Shown: positions 20,728-30,783 of the stretch, piece by piece
Layout: every line of letters starts with the position of its first letter
Numbering within the stretch: position 1 is the first letter of the stretch
NCBI GenBank assembly: GCA_002399235.1
Contig: DHDH01000040.1
Location: 18,592 to 82,591 of the forward strand
Length of the DNA: 64,000 nt
Source: Firmicutes bacterium UBA4881
Lineage (GTDB): Bacteria > Bacillota > DTU065
Direction: 5' to 3'
Position numbers and translations under genes: made by a program
The notes under the pieces: model-generated
Told to the model about the DNA's origin: nothing
The model's input: the letters and a program-made list of their open reading frames with translations, nothing else
Databases searched by the model: none

Positions 20728-22223
20728 AATTAGTATCTAAAAACGAGATGCAAGCTATAGATATTAGAACTCAGGAGGAGTTTGGCCTTCCCGGGCTTGT
20801 TTTAATGGAACAGGCAGGGGAAAGAGCAGCTTCTTTTCTTCTTGAGCGTTTTGGAACTAAGACCCGTTTCGTCATATTAGTGGGACCTGGGAATAATGGC
20901 GGCGATGCTTTAGTTGTTGCGAGAAGACTATTTCTAGCTGGTTGTAAGGTCTGGACTTTTCTAGCTGGTGAAAAAGACAAATTAACAGTTGCTACTCAAG
21001 CTAATTTACACATCTATGAAAAATTAGGTGGAGAAGTTAAATATATAGCAGTAGAAAAAGACAAGCTTCCCATGATTTTTATGGTAGCAGATGTAATTGT
21101 TGATGGTCTGTTAGGAATTGGAGCAGAAGGCTTATTAAAAGAACCATTATTAGAATTGGTCAAAGCTATAAATGAGGCTGAAGCCACAGTAGTCTCTCTA
21201 GATATACCAACAGGAATTCATGCTTCTACAGGTGAAGTATTAGGAGATGCAGTTAAGGCAGATTATACGATTACTTTTGGTCTACCAAAGTTAGGTATGG
21301 CTCTTTATCCTGGTGCTTGGTATGTAGGTGAGATAGTAATAGAACCAATCTCATTTCCACCCAAGTTGCTAACAGCAGAATCGATTAAAGGGCATTTAGT
21401 AGATCAAGGGGATTTGGCACCACTACCAAGACCTGTAGATAGTCACAAAGGGAGTTTCGGTAAAGGACTAGTATTGGCAGGCTCTTTGGGGATGTGTGGA
21501 GCTGCAGCTCTAACAGCAGAGGCAGCTTTAAAAACAGGCGCTGGGTTAGTGCAAGGGTTAGTACCCAAAGAAATAATTCCAATATTACAACAGCTCTTAC
21601 CAGAAATGACTTTAAAAGTATATGACCCTGCCCAAGAGATTGATTACTCAGAATACAATTGTTTAATGATTGGTCCTGGTTGGGGAGTGACTGATGAACA
21701 TAGGGATTATCTTTTATTAGCTTTAGAAGAGGCTAAAAAGAACGCAATACCAGTAGTTTTAGACGCAGATGCTTTAACAATTATCGCTAAAAATAATATT
21801 AGCCTCAAATGCCCAACAATTTTAACTCCACACCCTGGGGAAATGAGTAGACTTTTAGGTAAGAGTATCGCTAAAGTGCAAGAAAACCGTATTGGCTGGG
21901 CTCAGACTCTCGCCCGCGACACAGGAGCAATTGTTGTCTTAAAAGGAGCACACACAATTATTGCAGAGCCTGATGGACGTTTTTATGTCAATCCAACAGG
22001 TAATGCGGGTATGGCAACTGCAGGTAGTGGCGATGTTTTAACAGGAATCATAGGAGGGCTTTTACTCCAAGGTGTTCCTCTTGGTAAAGCTGCAGTAACA
22101 GGTGTTTATTTACATGGCCTTGCTGGTGATTTAGCGAGGGAGAGATTAGGTAGTAGATCACTTTTAGCACGTGACATTATTGTTTCGCTACCAGAGGCGT
22201 TAATTCGGATCTATGGAAAATAA
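20724..22223 (+). CDS. nnr: Bifunctional NAD(P)H-hydrate repair enzyme (epimerase + ADP-dependent dehydratase)
   Basis: GPGNNGGDA (YjeF-N domain) and C-terminal carbohydrate-kinase-like GSGDVLTG. Start overlaps the acpS stop. Confidence 0.9.
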   Translation: MKLVSKNEMQAIDIRTQEEFGLPGLVLMEQAGERAASFLLERFGTKTRFVILVGPGNNGGDALVVARRLFLAGCKVWTFLAGEKDKLTVATQANLHIYEKLGGEVKYIAVEKDKLPMIFMVADVIVDGLLGIGAEGLLKEPLLELVKAINEAEATVVSLDIPTGIHASTGEVLGDAVKADYTITFGLPKLGMALYPGAWYVGEIVIEPISFPPKLLTAESIKGHLVDQGDLAPLPRPVDSHKGSFGKGLVLAGSLGMCGAAALTAEAALKTGAGLVQGLVPKEIIPILQQLLPEMTLKVYDPAQEIDYSEYNCLMIGPGWGVTDEHRDYLLLALEEAKKNAIPVVLDADALTIIAKNNISLKCPTILTPHPGEMSRLLGKSIAKVQENRIGWAQTLARDTGAIVVLKGAHTIIAEPDGRFYVNPTGNAGMATAGSGDVLTGIIGGLLLQGVPLGKAAVTGVYLHGLAGDLARERLGSRSLLARDIIVSLPEALIRIYGK

Positions 22224-22254
22224 ATTCAACATCCCAAAATGGTTGGTGATATAA

Positions 22255-23379
22255 ATGGAGGATCTTAGAGCTTGGATCGAAGTTGATTTAGACGCGATTA
22301 TTCACAACTTAAAGTTGATAAAATCAATTGCGCCTAAAAGTCAGATCATGGCAATTATTAAAGCTAATGCCTATGGGCATGGGGCTATTTCTGTGGCTAA
22401 AACAGTTTTAGCTAATGGAGCCTCTTGGCTGGGTGTAGCTATGGTTGAAGAGGGTATAGCCTTAAGAGAAGCTGGCTTAGCTGCTCCAATATTAATTTTA
22501 GGGGTTGTACCAGAAGCAGAAGTACCACTTGCTGTAAAGTGGAATTTGTCTACTACTTTTACCGATTTCAAAGGGGCAGAAGTTTTAGCCAGAGCAGGTA
22601 AAGCACTAGGTAAAAAAGCATCAGGACAATTAAAAATTGATACCGGAATGCATAGGCTTGGTGTTTATCCGGAAAAAGCAGCCGAGCTTTTAAAAGCTTG
22701 TGAAAAATTAGACGGTTTAAAAGTAGAAGGCATGTTTACTCATTTGGCTACAGCAGACTGTGAAGACAATTCTTTAGCTAAGAAACAGGTTGAACAGATA
22801 CTTAATTTACGTAAAGAATTAGGTAATAAATGCCCACCACTAGTGCATTGGGCTAATAGTGCTGCTGCACTTTATTTAGCTGAGGATAGTTCCTTTATCA
22901 GAGCTGGTATTGCTCTTTATGGACTCAAGCCAAGTGCTGACCCATTTTGGGATAAGCTAAAGCCGGCTCTATCTCTCAAAGCACGCATCTCTCGAATTGA
23001 AAGAGTAGAAGCTAACCAACCCATAGGGTATGGAGCTAGCTATTACACCAAAGAACCTTGTCAGATTGTAACAGTACCAGTTGGCTATGGTGATGGTTAT
23101 ACCAGACGACTCTCTCATAAAGGTACTGAGGTGCTAATTGGTGGTAACCGCTACCCAGTTGTAGGGAATATCTGCATGGACCAATTGATGGTTGAAATAC
23201 CTCTAAAAAAACAAATTGACGTTACGGATGAAGTCACGCTTATAGGTAGTCAAGGATCAGAAGAGATCAGTGCTGAAGAATTAGCTATAAAAAGTGATAC
23301 AATTCATTATGAGATAATTACTGAACTTTCAATTAGGCTAGAACGCATTTATAAAAAAGGTTCCAGTAGAGTAAGATAA
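22255..23379 (+). CDS. alr: Alanine racemase
   Basis: PLP-lysine motif AIIKANAYGHG. 374 aa. Confidence 0.93.
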   Translation: MEDLRAWIEVDLDAIIHNLKLIKSIAPKSQIMAIIKANAYGHGAISVAKTVLANGASWLGVAMVEEGIALREAGLAAPILILGVVPEAEVPLAVKWNLSTTFTDFKGAEVLARAGKALGKKASGQLKIDTGMHRLGVYPEKAAELLKACEKLDGLKVEGMFTHLATADCEDNSLAKKQVEQILNLRKELGNKCPPLVHWANSAAALYLAEDSSFIRAGIALYGLKPSADPFWDKLKPALSLKARISRIERVEANQPIGYGASYYTKEPCQIVTVPVGYGDGYTRRLSHKGTEVLIGGNRYPVVGNICMDQLMVEIPLKKQIDVTDEVTLIGSQGSEEISAEELAIKSDTIHYEIITELSIRLERIYKKGSSRVR

Positions 23380-23398
23380 TATTTTAGGGGTGTATGTG

Positions 23399-24493
23399 TT
23401 GAAGTCAAGATTAGTAATAATGTTTGTTTTGTTGATGACGGTATTCGCTGCCGCCGCTGATTACAGTGGTTCCTTAAGTTTAACTTATGATACTAATCTT
23501 AAGTTACAACCAGAGTTTACAGCTGCGGCTTCTTTTTATGGTGGTCAGTTGAATGTAAAATTAAAAAAAGGTCTAACCAACTGGGATGAAGATCTACTTT
23601 TACCTAGTTTAGCTGTTGAGGCTAATCTTTTTAGCGGAAGCTACGATTTTATTTATAAACTGTTAGGTTTTGACTGGCGTTATGAAAAGCTACTATCTAG
23701 TTTGGGTGACCGACGTTATTTTGTCGCCCATCGCATTAAAGCTGCTAAGAACGATTGGCCAATATATTTGGATTTCTTTGAGACTAGTGTTTTGAAGGGG
23801 AACAATTTATGGTTAATGTATAACCCGGTACCTTTCTTACCTGTTTATTTGGTTCAACATATTGGCTTGAATAATAAAGAAGTTAATAACCGAGATATTA
23901 ATGTTGATATGGGTTTTAACTTAGGTTATCAGTTTAAAAATCAAGCTTTAACCTTTGTCGAAGTAATTGTCGACGATTTCCCCGCTATCCCCTGGATCGA
24001 TGTGCAGTTACCGATAATGGGAGTAACGTTAGGCTATAATAGCCCCGAGATAGCTAAGCATAATGGTACTATGCGTTATGCTTTGGGATATACAGCTAAT
24101 ACACGTTATCTCCATGCTCATTATGGTGGTTTAATGCGCTATACAAATAGTAATGAATTTCTTGGCGACGATTTAGGCCCAGATGCACAACGGTTCATGG
24201 TAGCTTTTAAGCATACTAGGGCAAATCTAACTGGTGGATTGAACTTAAGCTTTGAGCAACATGGTCCTGGTGATTTAACCGAAAATTGGCTACAGCTTGG
24301 AAGAGAAGAAGCGTTTAAACAGTTCTTCCTTAGTGAGATCGTGGAGAATAAGTTACGTCTAGGTGCTTCGCTAGAAAAAAACTTTAATAAACTAGTTTTC
24401 ACCACCAAAGTAGCTCTAACTAGAGTAATCCCCAAAGAAAGTGGAGCATTTACTGAATATAATGGTAACATTAGTTTAGGTTACCAATTTTAG
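23399..24493 (+). CDS. Secreted hypothetical protein, putative outer-membrane beta-barrel
   Basis: Signal peptide KSRLVIMFVLLMTVFAAAA. Alternating hydrophobic/aromatic strands. C-terminus ...NISLGYQF. Start is GTG 23390, GTG 23396 or TTG 23399, after TAGGGG. Confidence 0.5.
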   Translation: MKSRLVIMFVLLMTVFAAAADYSGSLSLTYDTNLKLQPEFTAAASFYGGQLNVKLKKGLTNWDEDLLLPSLAVEANLFSGSYDFIYKLLGFDWRYEKLLSSLGDRRYFVAHRIKAAKNDWPIYLDFFETSVLKGNNLWLMYNPVPFLPVYLVQHIGLNNKEVNNRDINVDMGFNLGYQFKNQALTFVEVIVDDFPAIPWIDVQLPIMGVTLGYNSPEIAKHNGTMRYALGYTANTRYLHAHYGGLMRYTNSNEFLGDDLGPDAQRFMVAFKHTRANLTGGLNLSFEQHGPGDLTENWLQLGREEAFKQFFLSEIVENKLRLGASLEKNFNKLVFTTKVALTRVIPKESGAFTEYNGNISLGYQF

Positions 24494-24496
24494 CTC

Positions 24497-24530
24497 AATG
24501 CACACCTAAATAGGTGTGCATTCTGATATT
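24497..24530 (+). terminator. Terminator-like hairpin
   Basis: AATGCACACCT-aaat-AGGTGTGCATT followed by a weak T-tract. Confidence 0.55.
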
Positions 24531-24603
24531 AAATAACTATTAGCAGGCTTTAAAAAGAGTAATGTGGAATTATTCCACCAGGAAGAAAAAAGGAGCTGGT
24601 TAC

Positions 24604-25554
24604 ATGTCATTAGTTCTGGACCGATCTCTTTATCCTGCAGTACCTGTAACCTTTAGACAGGATGGGGGTATCGATTGGGAGGCTCAAAAAGCTTATGCTA
24701 GGTGGATGGCAACCCAACCAATCTCTGGTGTAGCTCTTTGGGCACATACAGGTAGAGGACTCTTGTTATCTTCTCAAGATAGAAAAGCCGTATTCCAGGT
24801 TTGGCGAGAAGCATTAGGTACAAACAAACAGATTATCTGTGGCGTTGGTAGCCGGGGGGCAGATACAGCTGAGGGTTTTACTGAAGCAGCTTACCAAATG
24901 GGTATAGAAGCTAAAACACTAGGTGCTGATGGTATTTTATGCTATGCACCAGTCTATTTTCGTGGTAAAGAGAATCAAGACGAATGGATAGTAAAATATC
25001 ACAGTACTTTAGATAAATTAGGCTTACCGATGGTACTATTTTATCTTTATGAAGCTGCAGGTGGCATCACCTATAGTCTTGATGTTTTAAGAAAATTATT
25101 CACCTTGGAAAATGCTGTGGCCATCAAGATGGCTACCCTTGATTCTGTAATGACTTACCAGGATGTCTCTAACCTTTTACAACAAGAGTTTCCTAATAAA
25201 GTACTTATAACTGGTGAGGATCGCATGTTTGGTTATACAGTAGCTAGAGGTGCTAAAGGAGCTCTTGTAGGTATTGGCTCAGCTTTTCCTGCCTTACAAA
25301 AAGCAATGATTGACAGTTATTATGATGAGGATTATAAGAAGTTTGTCCAGTTAATGTTGTTGGTGGATAAGTTGGCGGAAGTTACATTTACTAGACCAAT
25401 GGAAGGTTATATCGAACGAATGCTTCATGTTCTGGTTCTACAAGGATTAGTACCACAGGAAGCTGCCTTTGATCCCTATGGTCCTGGGGTTACTAGTGAA
25501 GAAAAAGAAGCTATCGCTAGGGTGGTTCAGGAACTGGAGGGGGCAAAATGGTAA
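24604..25554 (+). CDS. DapA/NAL-family class I aldolase-like protein (dihydrodipicolinate synthase family)
   Basis: ATG 24604 lies 8 nt after AGGAG. Contains ISGVALWAHTGRG and AIKMAT (Schiff-base lysine position). TIM-barrel length. Confidence 0.6.
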   Translation: MSLVLDRSLYPAVPVTFRQDGGIDWEAQKAYARWMATQPISGVALWAHTGRGLLLSSQDRKAVFQVWREALGTNKQIICGVGSRGADTAEGFTEAAYQMGIEAKTLGADGILCYAPVYFRGKENQDEWIVKYHSTLDKLGLPMVLFYLYEAAGGITYSLDVLRKLFTLENAVAIKMATLDSVMTYQDVSNLLQQEFPNKVLITGEDRMFGYTVARGAKGALVGIGSAFPALQKAMIDSYYDEDYKKFVQLMLLVDKLAEVTFTRPMEGYIERMLHVLVLQGLVPQEAAFDPYGPGVTSEEKEAIARVVQELEGAKW

Positions 25555-26783
25555 AACCAACCTACTTTTTGCCAACCAACTTTACCTTACCCGAAGACAC
25601 TTATAAAGCTCTAAACGAGGATTACCACCAAACATTATTAGAACCTGAAGAGCATATAAAAAATCGTTATAGTATTGATGTATCTAGCTTCTATGGACCG
25701 TATAAAATACGTCATCCTTTTGGTAAGGCTTCTGGGCAATTATCAACTAACCAAGCTCAAGTTAAATCAGATCTAGAAGGTGGCCTAGCTTTTACAGTTC
25801 TAAAAACTGTTATTGCTGAAAGCGAAGATCATCAATCGGAGATGGAAGCCTGGAAGATCAAAGCTCCCAGGATGGAAGTGGAAAAAATTACTTCCCAAAA
25901 TGGCGAAGAAGGTTATACGGTAACTTGGAAGGGTAGAGGTTGGGAAAAAACCTTAGAAGAGTACTTGGAATTCTTAGAAGAATCCTTAGCTTTAGCGAAA
26001 AATTATCCTATCATTCCTAGCTGTAAATACCATCTACCACCTTTAGGGGAAGAGTACAAAGTCGATGAATATATCTATACAACCCAAAAGATCTACCAGA
26101 GTTGGCGGAAATATCGTGAAGAAGAGTTAGTTTTAGAAAAAGATTTTAGTGCTACTTTAGCTGGTACCGATCTAGCTGGAGCTAAAGAACAAGTTTTAGC
26201 TTGGTTAACTGAAGTCCCAGCCAAGATCAAAGAAGCGTCGGATGCTTCGATTTATCTGGGTGTCAAATTAATGAATACAATGCTTCCAGATGAATTCCAA
26301 AGAGAGATGGTTAAATTACTCTTAGGGCCAGATAGCAACTGGTTAGGTGATTATGCAGTTTGTTTTAACAGACTTTTTGATCCGAATAAAGGGTTTGCCG
26401 GCAAAATAGGTGTAGCTTATGGAGGTTATGATCTCTCTGATCGTAATTTGTGGGCCTTAGAAGAGTTATTACCTAATAAACCCACAAGACCGATCTCTGC
26501 TACTGGTAATATCTGTTCTGGTCGCCTAATGCTTGAATACGCCCTGCGTGGAGCTATTAATGGCCAATTGCATACTTTCTTTCAATTACCTCAAACTGAA
26601 TATGCTCCCATCGAGGGCTCAAGAACACAAAAAGCTATTCATGAGCTGCTTTTTAATCCTAGTAAGGGACTAGTAGCTGGTTTATTGTATATAAGAGATA
26701 AACTTAATAAAAACCAAGAACCGTTTTCATTTATCGAAGTAACAAAACTTAACCCTAATGAACTAAATGAGGTCAAAAGGTAG
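25548..26783 (+). CDS. Dihydroorotate/dihydropyrimidine dehydrogenase-like TIM-barrel protein (function unknown)
   Basis: HPFGKASGQLSTN...GGLAFTVLKTV resembles the DHOD/PreA N-terminal motif. C-terminal SATGNICSGRLMLEYALRGAINGQLHTFFQ resembles the FMN-phosphate loop. Overlaps the upstream stop. Confidence 0.4.
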   Translation: MVKPTYFLPTNFTLPEDTYKALNEDYHQTLLEPEEHIKNRYSIDVSSFYGPYKIRHPFGKASGQLSTNQAQVKSDLEGGLAFTVLKTVIAESEDHQSEMEAWKIKAPRMEVEKITSQNGEEGYTVTWKGRGWEKTLEEYLEFLEESLALAKNYPIIPSCKYHLPPLGEEYKVDEYIYTTQKIYQSWRKYREEELVLEKDFSATLAGTDLAGAKEQVLAWLTEVPAKIKEASDASIYLGVKLMNTMLPDEFQREMVKLLLGPDSNWLGDYAVCFNRLFDPNKGFAGKIGVAYGGYDLSDRNLWALEELLPNKPTRPISATGNICSGRLMLEYALRGAINGQLHTFFQLPQTEYAPIEGSRTQKAIHELLFNPSKGLVAGLLYIRDKLNKNQEPFSFIEVTKLNPNELNEVKR

Positions 26784-26792
26784 GTGTAAAAG

Positions 26793-27959
26793 ATGGATGA
26801 AAAAATCCGTATAGATAGTGTGGAACTCTATCAGATTGCTATACCTCTCATAGTCCCTTTTGAGATCTCTGGAGGTCGTAGCTATAACCGACAAAGTATT
26901 ATTATTAAGATGAAGTCGGGTAGCCTTATAGGCTATGGAGAATCTGCTCCCTTTGATGCCCCTTTTTATTCGAGTGAGACTATTTCTTCTGTGAAAGCTA
27001 TGCTAACTGAGTGGTTGATCCCCAAGGTTATTGGCCAAGAATTCTCTTCTATAGAGGAGTTTAATAAAACTCTAGCGGTGGGAATTAGAGGTAATAACTT
27101 TGCTAAAGCGGGACTAGAAAACGCCTATTGGGATTTAGTTGCGAAGAAGAATAACCTACGTCTAGTTGAGGCTATTAAAATAAAGCTTCGTGATCTAGGT
27201 GTAGATACTAAACATTTAGAGCATAAGGAGTACATTGAAAGTGGAGTTTCTGTAGGTATTCCTGAAGATCGTAGCTTAGATACCTTGAAAAAATGGGTTA
27301 ATGAGTATGTTGATGAAGGTTATAAAAGGATTAAGATCAAAATTAAACCCGGTTGGGATCTCGATGCAGCCCGAGCGACTAGGGAAGTCATTGGTAGAGA
27401 TTTTCCTTTCTGGGTCGATGCTAATTCAGCTTATGAACTAGAAGATGCACCTATTTTTCAAGCTTTAGATGAGATGGAATGTCTCTTTTATGAGCAACCA
27501 TTAAATCATGATGATATCCTAGATCATCACCGGCTAGCTAAACTCGTCAAGACACCAATCTGCTTTGATGAATCTCTAAAGTCACTACGAGTGGGTAGGC
27601 AAGCTGTGGAGTTAGGTTCGATTCCTGTATGGAATATCAAAATTCAGCGTATTGGTGGACTATTAGAAGGCTTAAAACTATACAAGCTTGCAGTGGAAAA
27701 GGGGATAAAACTTTGGGGCGGTACCATGCCTGAATCGGGGTTAGGTGCTATGCCTATCTTAGCTTTAGCATCGTTTAATGGTTTTGTTTATCCAGCTGAT
27801 GTTGAAGCTAGTGCCAGATGGTATGGAAAAGGCAAGGATTTAATCGAGATTGAGATGAGCCATGATGGTAAGATTGCTTTACCAAGTGGAGCGGGTATCG
27901 GTATTGAACCTAATTGGCACATTATGGAAAAGTATGGTAAGCCAATAGGAAGTTTTTAA
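26793..27959 (+). CDS. Enolase-superfamily enzyme, MLE subgroup: N-acylamino-acid racemase / o-succinylbenzoate synthase family
   Basis: Catalytic pattern KRIKIKIKPGWD (KxK), FWVDANSAY (Asp), YEQPL (Glu), ICFDES (Asp) and WNIKIQRIGG (second Lys). Confidence 0.8.
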   Translation: MDEKIRIDSVELYQIAIPLIVPFEISGGRSYNRQSIIIKMKSGSLIGYGESAPFDAPFYSSETISSVKAMLTEWLIPKVIGQEFSSIEEFNKTLAVGIRGNNFAKAGLENAYWDLVAKKNNLRLVEAIKIKLRDLGVDTKHLEHKEYIESGVSVGIPEDRSLDTLKKWVNEYVDEGYKRIKIKIKPGWDLDAARATREVIGRDFPFWVDANSAYELEDAPIFQALDEMECLFYEQPLNHDDILDHHRLAKLVKTPICFDESLKSLRVGRQAVELGSIPVWNIKIQRIGGLLEGLKLYKLAVEKGIKLWGGTMPESGLGAMPILALASFNGFVYPADVEASARWYGKGKDLIEIEMSHDGKIALPSGAGIGIEPNWHIMEKYGKPIGSF

Positions 27960-28069
27960 TAACAAAGGAAATTGATTTACTAATTAGAATAGCCTAGTAT
28001 TGGCAATTGGCCAACGCTAGGCTATTTAAAAAGAAAGCTCAAGTTATGAAGTAAGGAAGTGCTCCTAAA

Positions 28070-29221
28070 ATGGATTTTCAAGCAATATGGACCAAATATG
28101 AACGAGATATTATTGAGCTAAGGCGTAAGTTACACAGTTTACCAGAGCTATCTCGTAAGGAATTTAAAACAACAGAAATAATTGCTGAGTTTTTAACAGC
28201 TAGAGGAATTGAAGTGACAAGGCCACTAGCGACAGGTCTAGTAGCTAGTATTAAAAGAGGTTCTGGTCCAGTGGTTGCTTTCAGAGCAGATATCGATGCT
28301 CTACCTGTTAAAGAAGAGACCGAATTGCCTTTTGCCTCAAAAAATGAAGGTTGTATGCATGCTTGTGGCCATGATGGTCATGCTAGTATGCTTGCTTTAG
28401 GTCTACTTGCTTTTTTAGAAGATAAATCTTGGCAAGGAGAAGTAAGGGGAATTTTTCAACCATCAGAAGAGATGTATGGTGGGGCTAAACCAATGATTGA
28501 AGCTGGAGCTTTGGAAGGCGTAGATTTCATTTTAGCTTTGCATATTTGGCCAGAACTACCCCAAGGTGTGTTAGGTAGTAGGGTTGGAGCTATTATGGCT
28601 TCGAATGACCGCTTTAGTATCAAGGTTAAAGGGCAAAGCGCCCATGGAGCTGCACCTCATTTAGGTGTCGATCCGATAGTAGCGGCTTGCAATCTAGTTA
28701 CCTCCTTACAAACACTAGTTGCTAGAGAAATAGCTCCTTGGGATGGTGCAGTTTTAACTATTGGCTCTATCGAAGCAGGAACTGCGTATAATATCATCCC
28801 CAAAGAAGCGACAATGCAAGGTACGATCCGTACTCTTTCACCTCAAACTAGAGAAAAGATGGAAGCTAGTTTGAGAAGGTTATGCCATTATAATGCTAAA
28901 GCTTTTGGTACGGAAGCCGAGGTAGAGTATGTAGAACAGTATCCACCTACAATGAATCATCTAGAAGCTATCGAAACTGTCAAAACCAATCTACCCCAAT
29001 CACTTTCTTATCGGGAATTAGATCATTCTTCCATGGCTGCAGAAGACTTTGCTTATTATATCGAGAAGGTTCCGGGGGCCCTGCTATTTCTTGGTAGTGG
29101 TACTAAAGAATATAGTTACCCACTCCATCACAGTAAATTTAGTTTCGCGGAAGAGATCCTGCCAACTGGCGCTGAGGTTTTTTATAAAACAGGTAAAGCT
29201 TATTTAGTAAAAGATCAATAA
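28070..29221 (+). CDS. M20D-family amidohydrolase (N-acyl-L-amino acid amidohydrolase / hippurate hydrolase-like)
   Basis: MHACGHDGH motif, FQPSEE, LHIWPELP. 383 aa. Confidence 0.85.
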   Translation: MDFQAIWTKYERDIIELRRKLHSLPELSRKEFKTTEIIAEFLTARGIEVTRPLATGLVASIKRGSGPVVAFRADIDALPVKEETELPFASKNEGCMHACGHDGHASMLALGLLAFLEDKSWQGEVRGIFQPSEEMYGGAKPMIEAGALEGVDFILALHIWPELPQGVLGSRVGAIMASNDRFSIKVKGQSAHGAAPHLGVDPIVAACNLVTSLQTLVAREIAPWDGAVLTIGSIEAGTAYNIIPKEATMQGTIRTLSPQTREKMEASLRRLCHYNAKAFGTEAEVEYVEQYPPTMNHLEAIETVKTNLPQSLSYRELDHSSMAAEDFAYYIEKVPGALLFLGSGTKEYSYPLHHSKFSFAEEILPTGAEVFYKTGKAYLVKDQ

Positions 29222-29373
29222 TTGTAGCAGAGTAGAAGAAAACCGAAAACACTCTAAAAAAAGATGCCGAAATATCTTTCCTTTAGCGAAGAAACTAACA
29301 AATATATTTCTCTAGAGGACCTTTTTGCTGTGTTATAAGTGGTCTAAGAAATGTGTTTTTATAAAAGAGTCAA

Positions 29374-30330
29374 GTGAAAAAGTAATTGCTACTTTGTAAT
29401 GTTATTTCAACCCCTATTTTGATGGCAGTCCATCAGAGTAGGTAATCATGCCTAATGGTACTTTACTTTTTTAACAAAGTTGGTACTAGAGTAATTTATT
29501 CGTCAGGATGTGGTTTGCGTCAAATTTGTCAAGTATTTCTTCTCTCCGTAAAGAAAGCTGAAGGTTGAAAAGGGTGATAGATAATTTTTCTTTTTCTATA
29601 AAAATTTATGTGATTCGTCATAAGGTTTATATCATCTTGTGTGTATGGATCAAGGCATTTTCCTTTTGGAATAATTCTACGAATAAACTCATGGTTGTTT
29701 TCTGCCTGCCACCTTTCAGATGTGGAGACGATTTATCACAATAAAATATTCTAGTTCTACGGTTGTTCTGATCATCAAATTCTAGTTTTAGTATCTTAGT
29801 AAATTCGCAGTCATTATCCGTTAAGAAAACAGGAAATAGTCTTTGAAAGGTAGCGCTCATAATTTTTAGTATAGAGCATGAAATATATCGATAACACTTT
29901 GAGAAGTATTGGCATCTCTTAGAAAAGCTAGCATAAACAAAGTTTCAATAAAATGGAGTATCAATAAAACCTTTCCACCTTTAACTCTCTCTACAGTGAC
30001 CATCTTAACTACTGGCATGTCGGGGTTTCTTTCATAAAGGTTTTAAAGTCGTCATAGGTGCGACCAATTCTACAGCTTTTATCAACTTTAAAACAATCTT
30101 AAGCTTTCTTTCGCGGGCGAAACTTAACCTTTCGAGGAAGATTAATATTTCTGGCAGAGAAAGGTTTGGAGCCTATATAGTTAAATAGTTTTTTCGTAAT
30201 ACATGATAGCGTCGTGATTGGTTACATATATGTTTGGAAACGAAGATGCTTATCTACACTGGTGGCTTGTTCATGCTATAAATGGGAGAAAGAATATAAG
30301 AAATGCACAACTGAAGAACGAGTAAACAGA
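29374..30330 (-). mobile_element. Decayed IS30-family element remnant (left end and transposase C-terminal two-thirds only)
   Basis: Nucleotide similarity by eye to the 33355-34850 copy across about 29600-30235. The ORF fragment 29627-29860 reads FLTDNDCEFTK...RTRIFYCDKSSPHLKGG, against LTDNGSEFTN...RTRIFYCDPSAPFQKGA in the other copy. IR-like GTGAAAAAGTAATTGC at 29374-29389. The right boundary is uncertain. Confidence 0.6.
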
Positions 30331-30783
30331 GTTTAAATGTCTCATATGGATTTATGGCGACCTAGATAAAATGAAAGTTTGCTGAGGGTTAGCTTTTGTG
30401 CTACACGAGGCAAATGAGGTATGTCTAAATAGTTGGATTAAAAGTGCCAAGTTAACACGACCTCTATTCGCTGGATGTGTAAAGGAAGTTTTGCTAGATA
30501 ATTTGGCTTTATTCTTTGGTGATGCTGTTAGATGTATGATAAGTGTGCATAAGGTGTACGCTTTCAAAATTCTTCCATGAAAAAGAAGTAGATAGTTTAG
30601 TATGATTATCAACTTTAGAAGGAGAAATAATTGCACTGACGAATAATAAAAGGGAGGTTTTATACTACCACGTATGAAACCGATTGCAAAGCAATCTATG
30701 TAATTTAGAGGAGGGGTATTACGAGAAAAAGTAAGGAGTGGGGTTATATGGTGAGATTTCATTTGAATAAGGGGGATGTAAAA

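Noticed and set aside
27960-28069. Hairpin AATAGCCTAG...CTAGGCTATT between the racemase-type gene and the M20 gene as an operon-splitting terminator
   Set aside because: There is no U-tract on the plus strand (it is followed by TAAAAAG). I therefore could not call it a terminator, and left the four genes as one functional group with this caveat.
30352-30762. 136-aa minus-strand ORF (and the 60-aa plus-strand ORF 30398-30580) between the IS remnant and the porin-like gene
   Set aside because: Low-complexity translation, no SD, and it overlaps the promoter and SD region of the downstream gene. It is probably degenerate IS or non-coding sequence.
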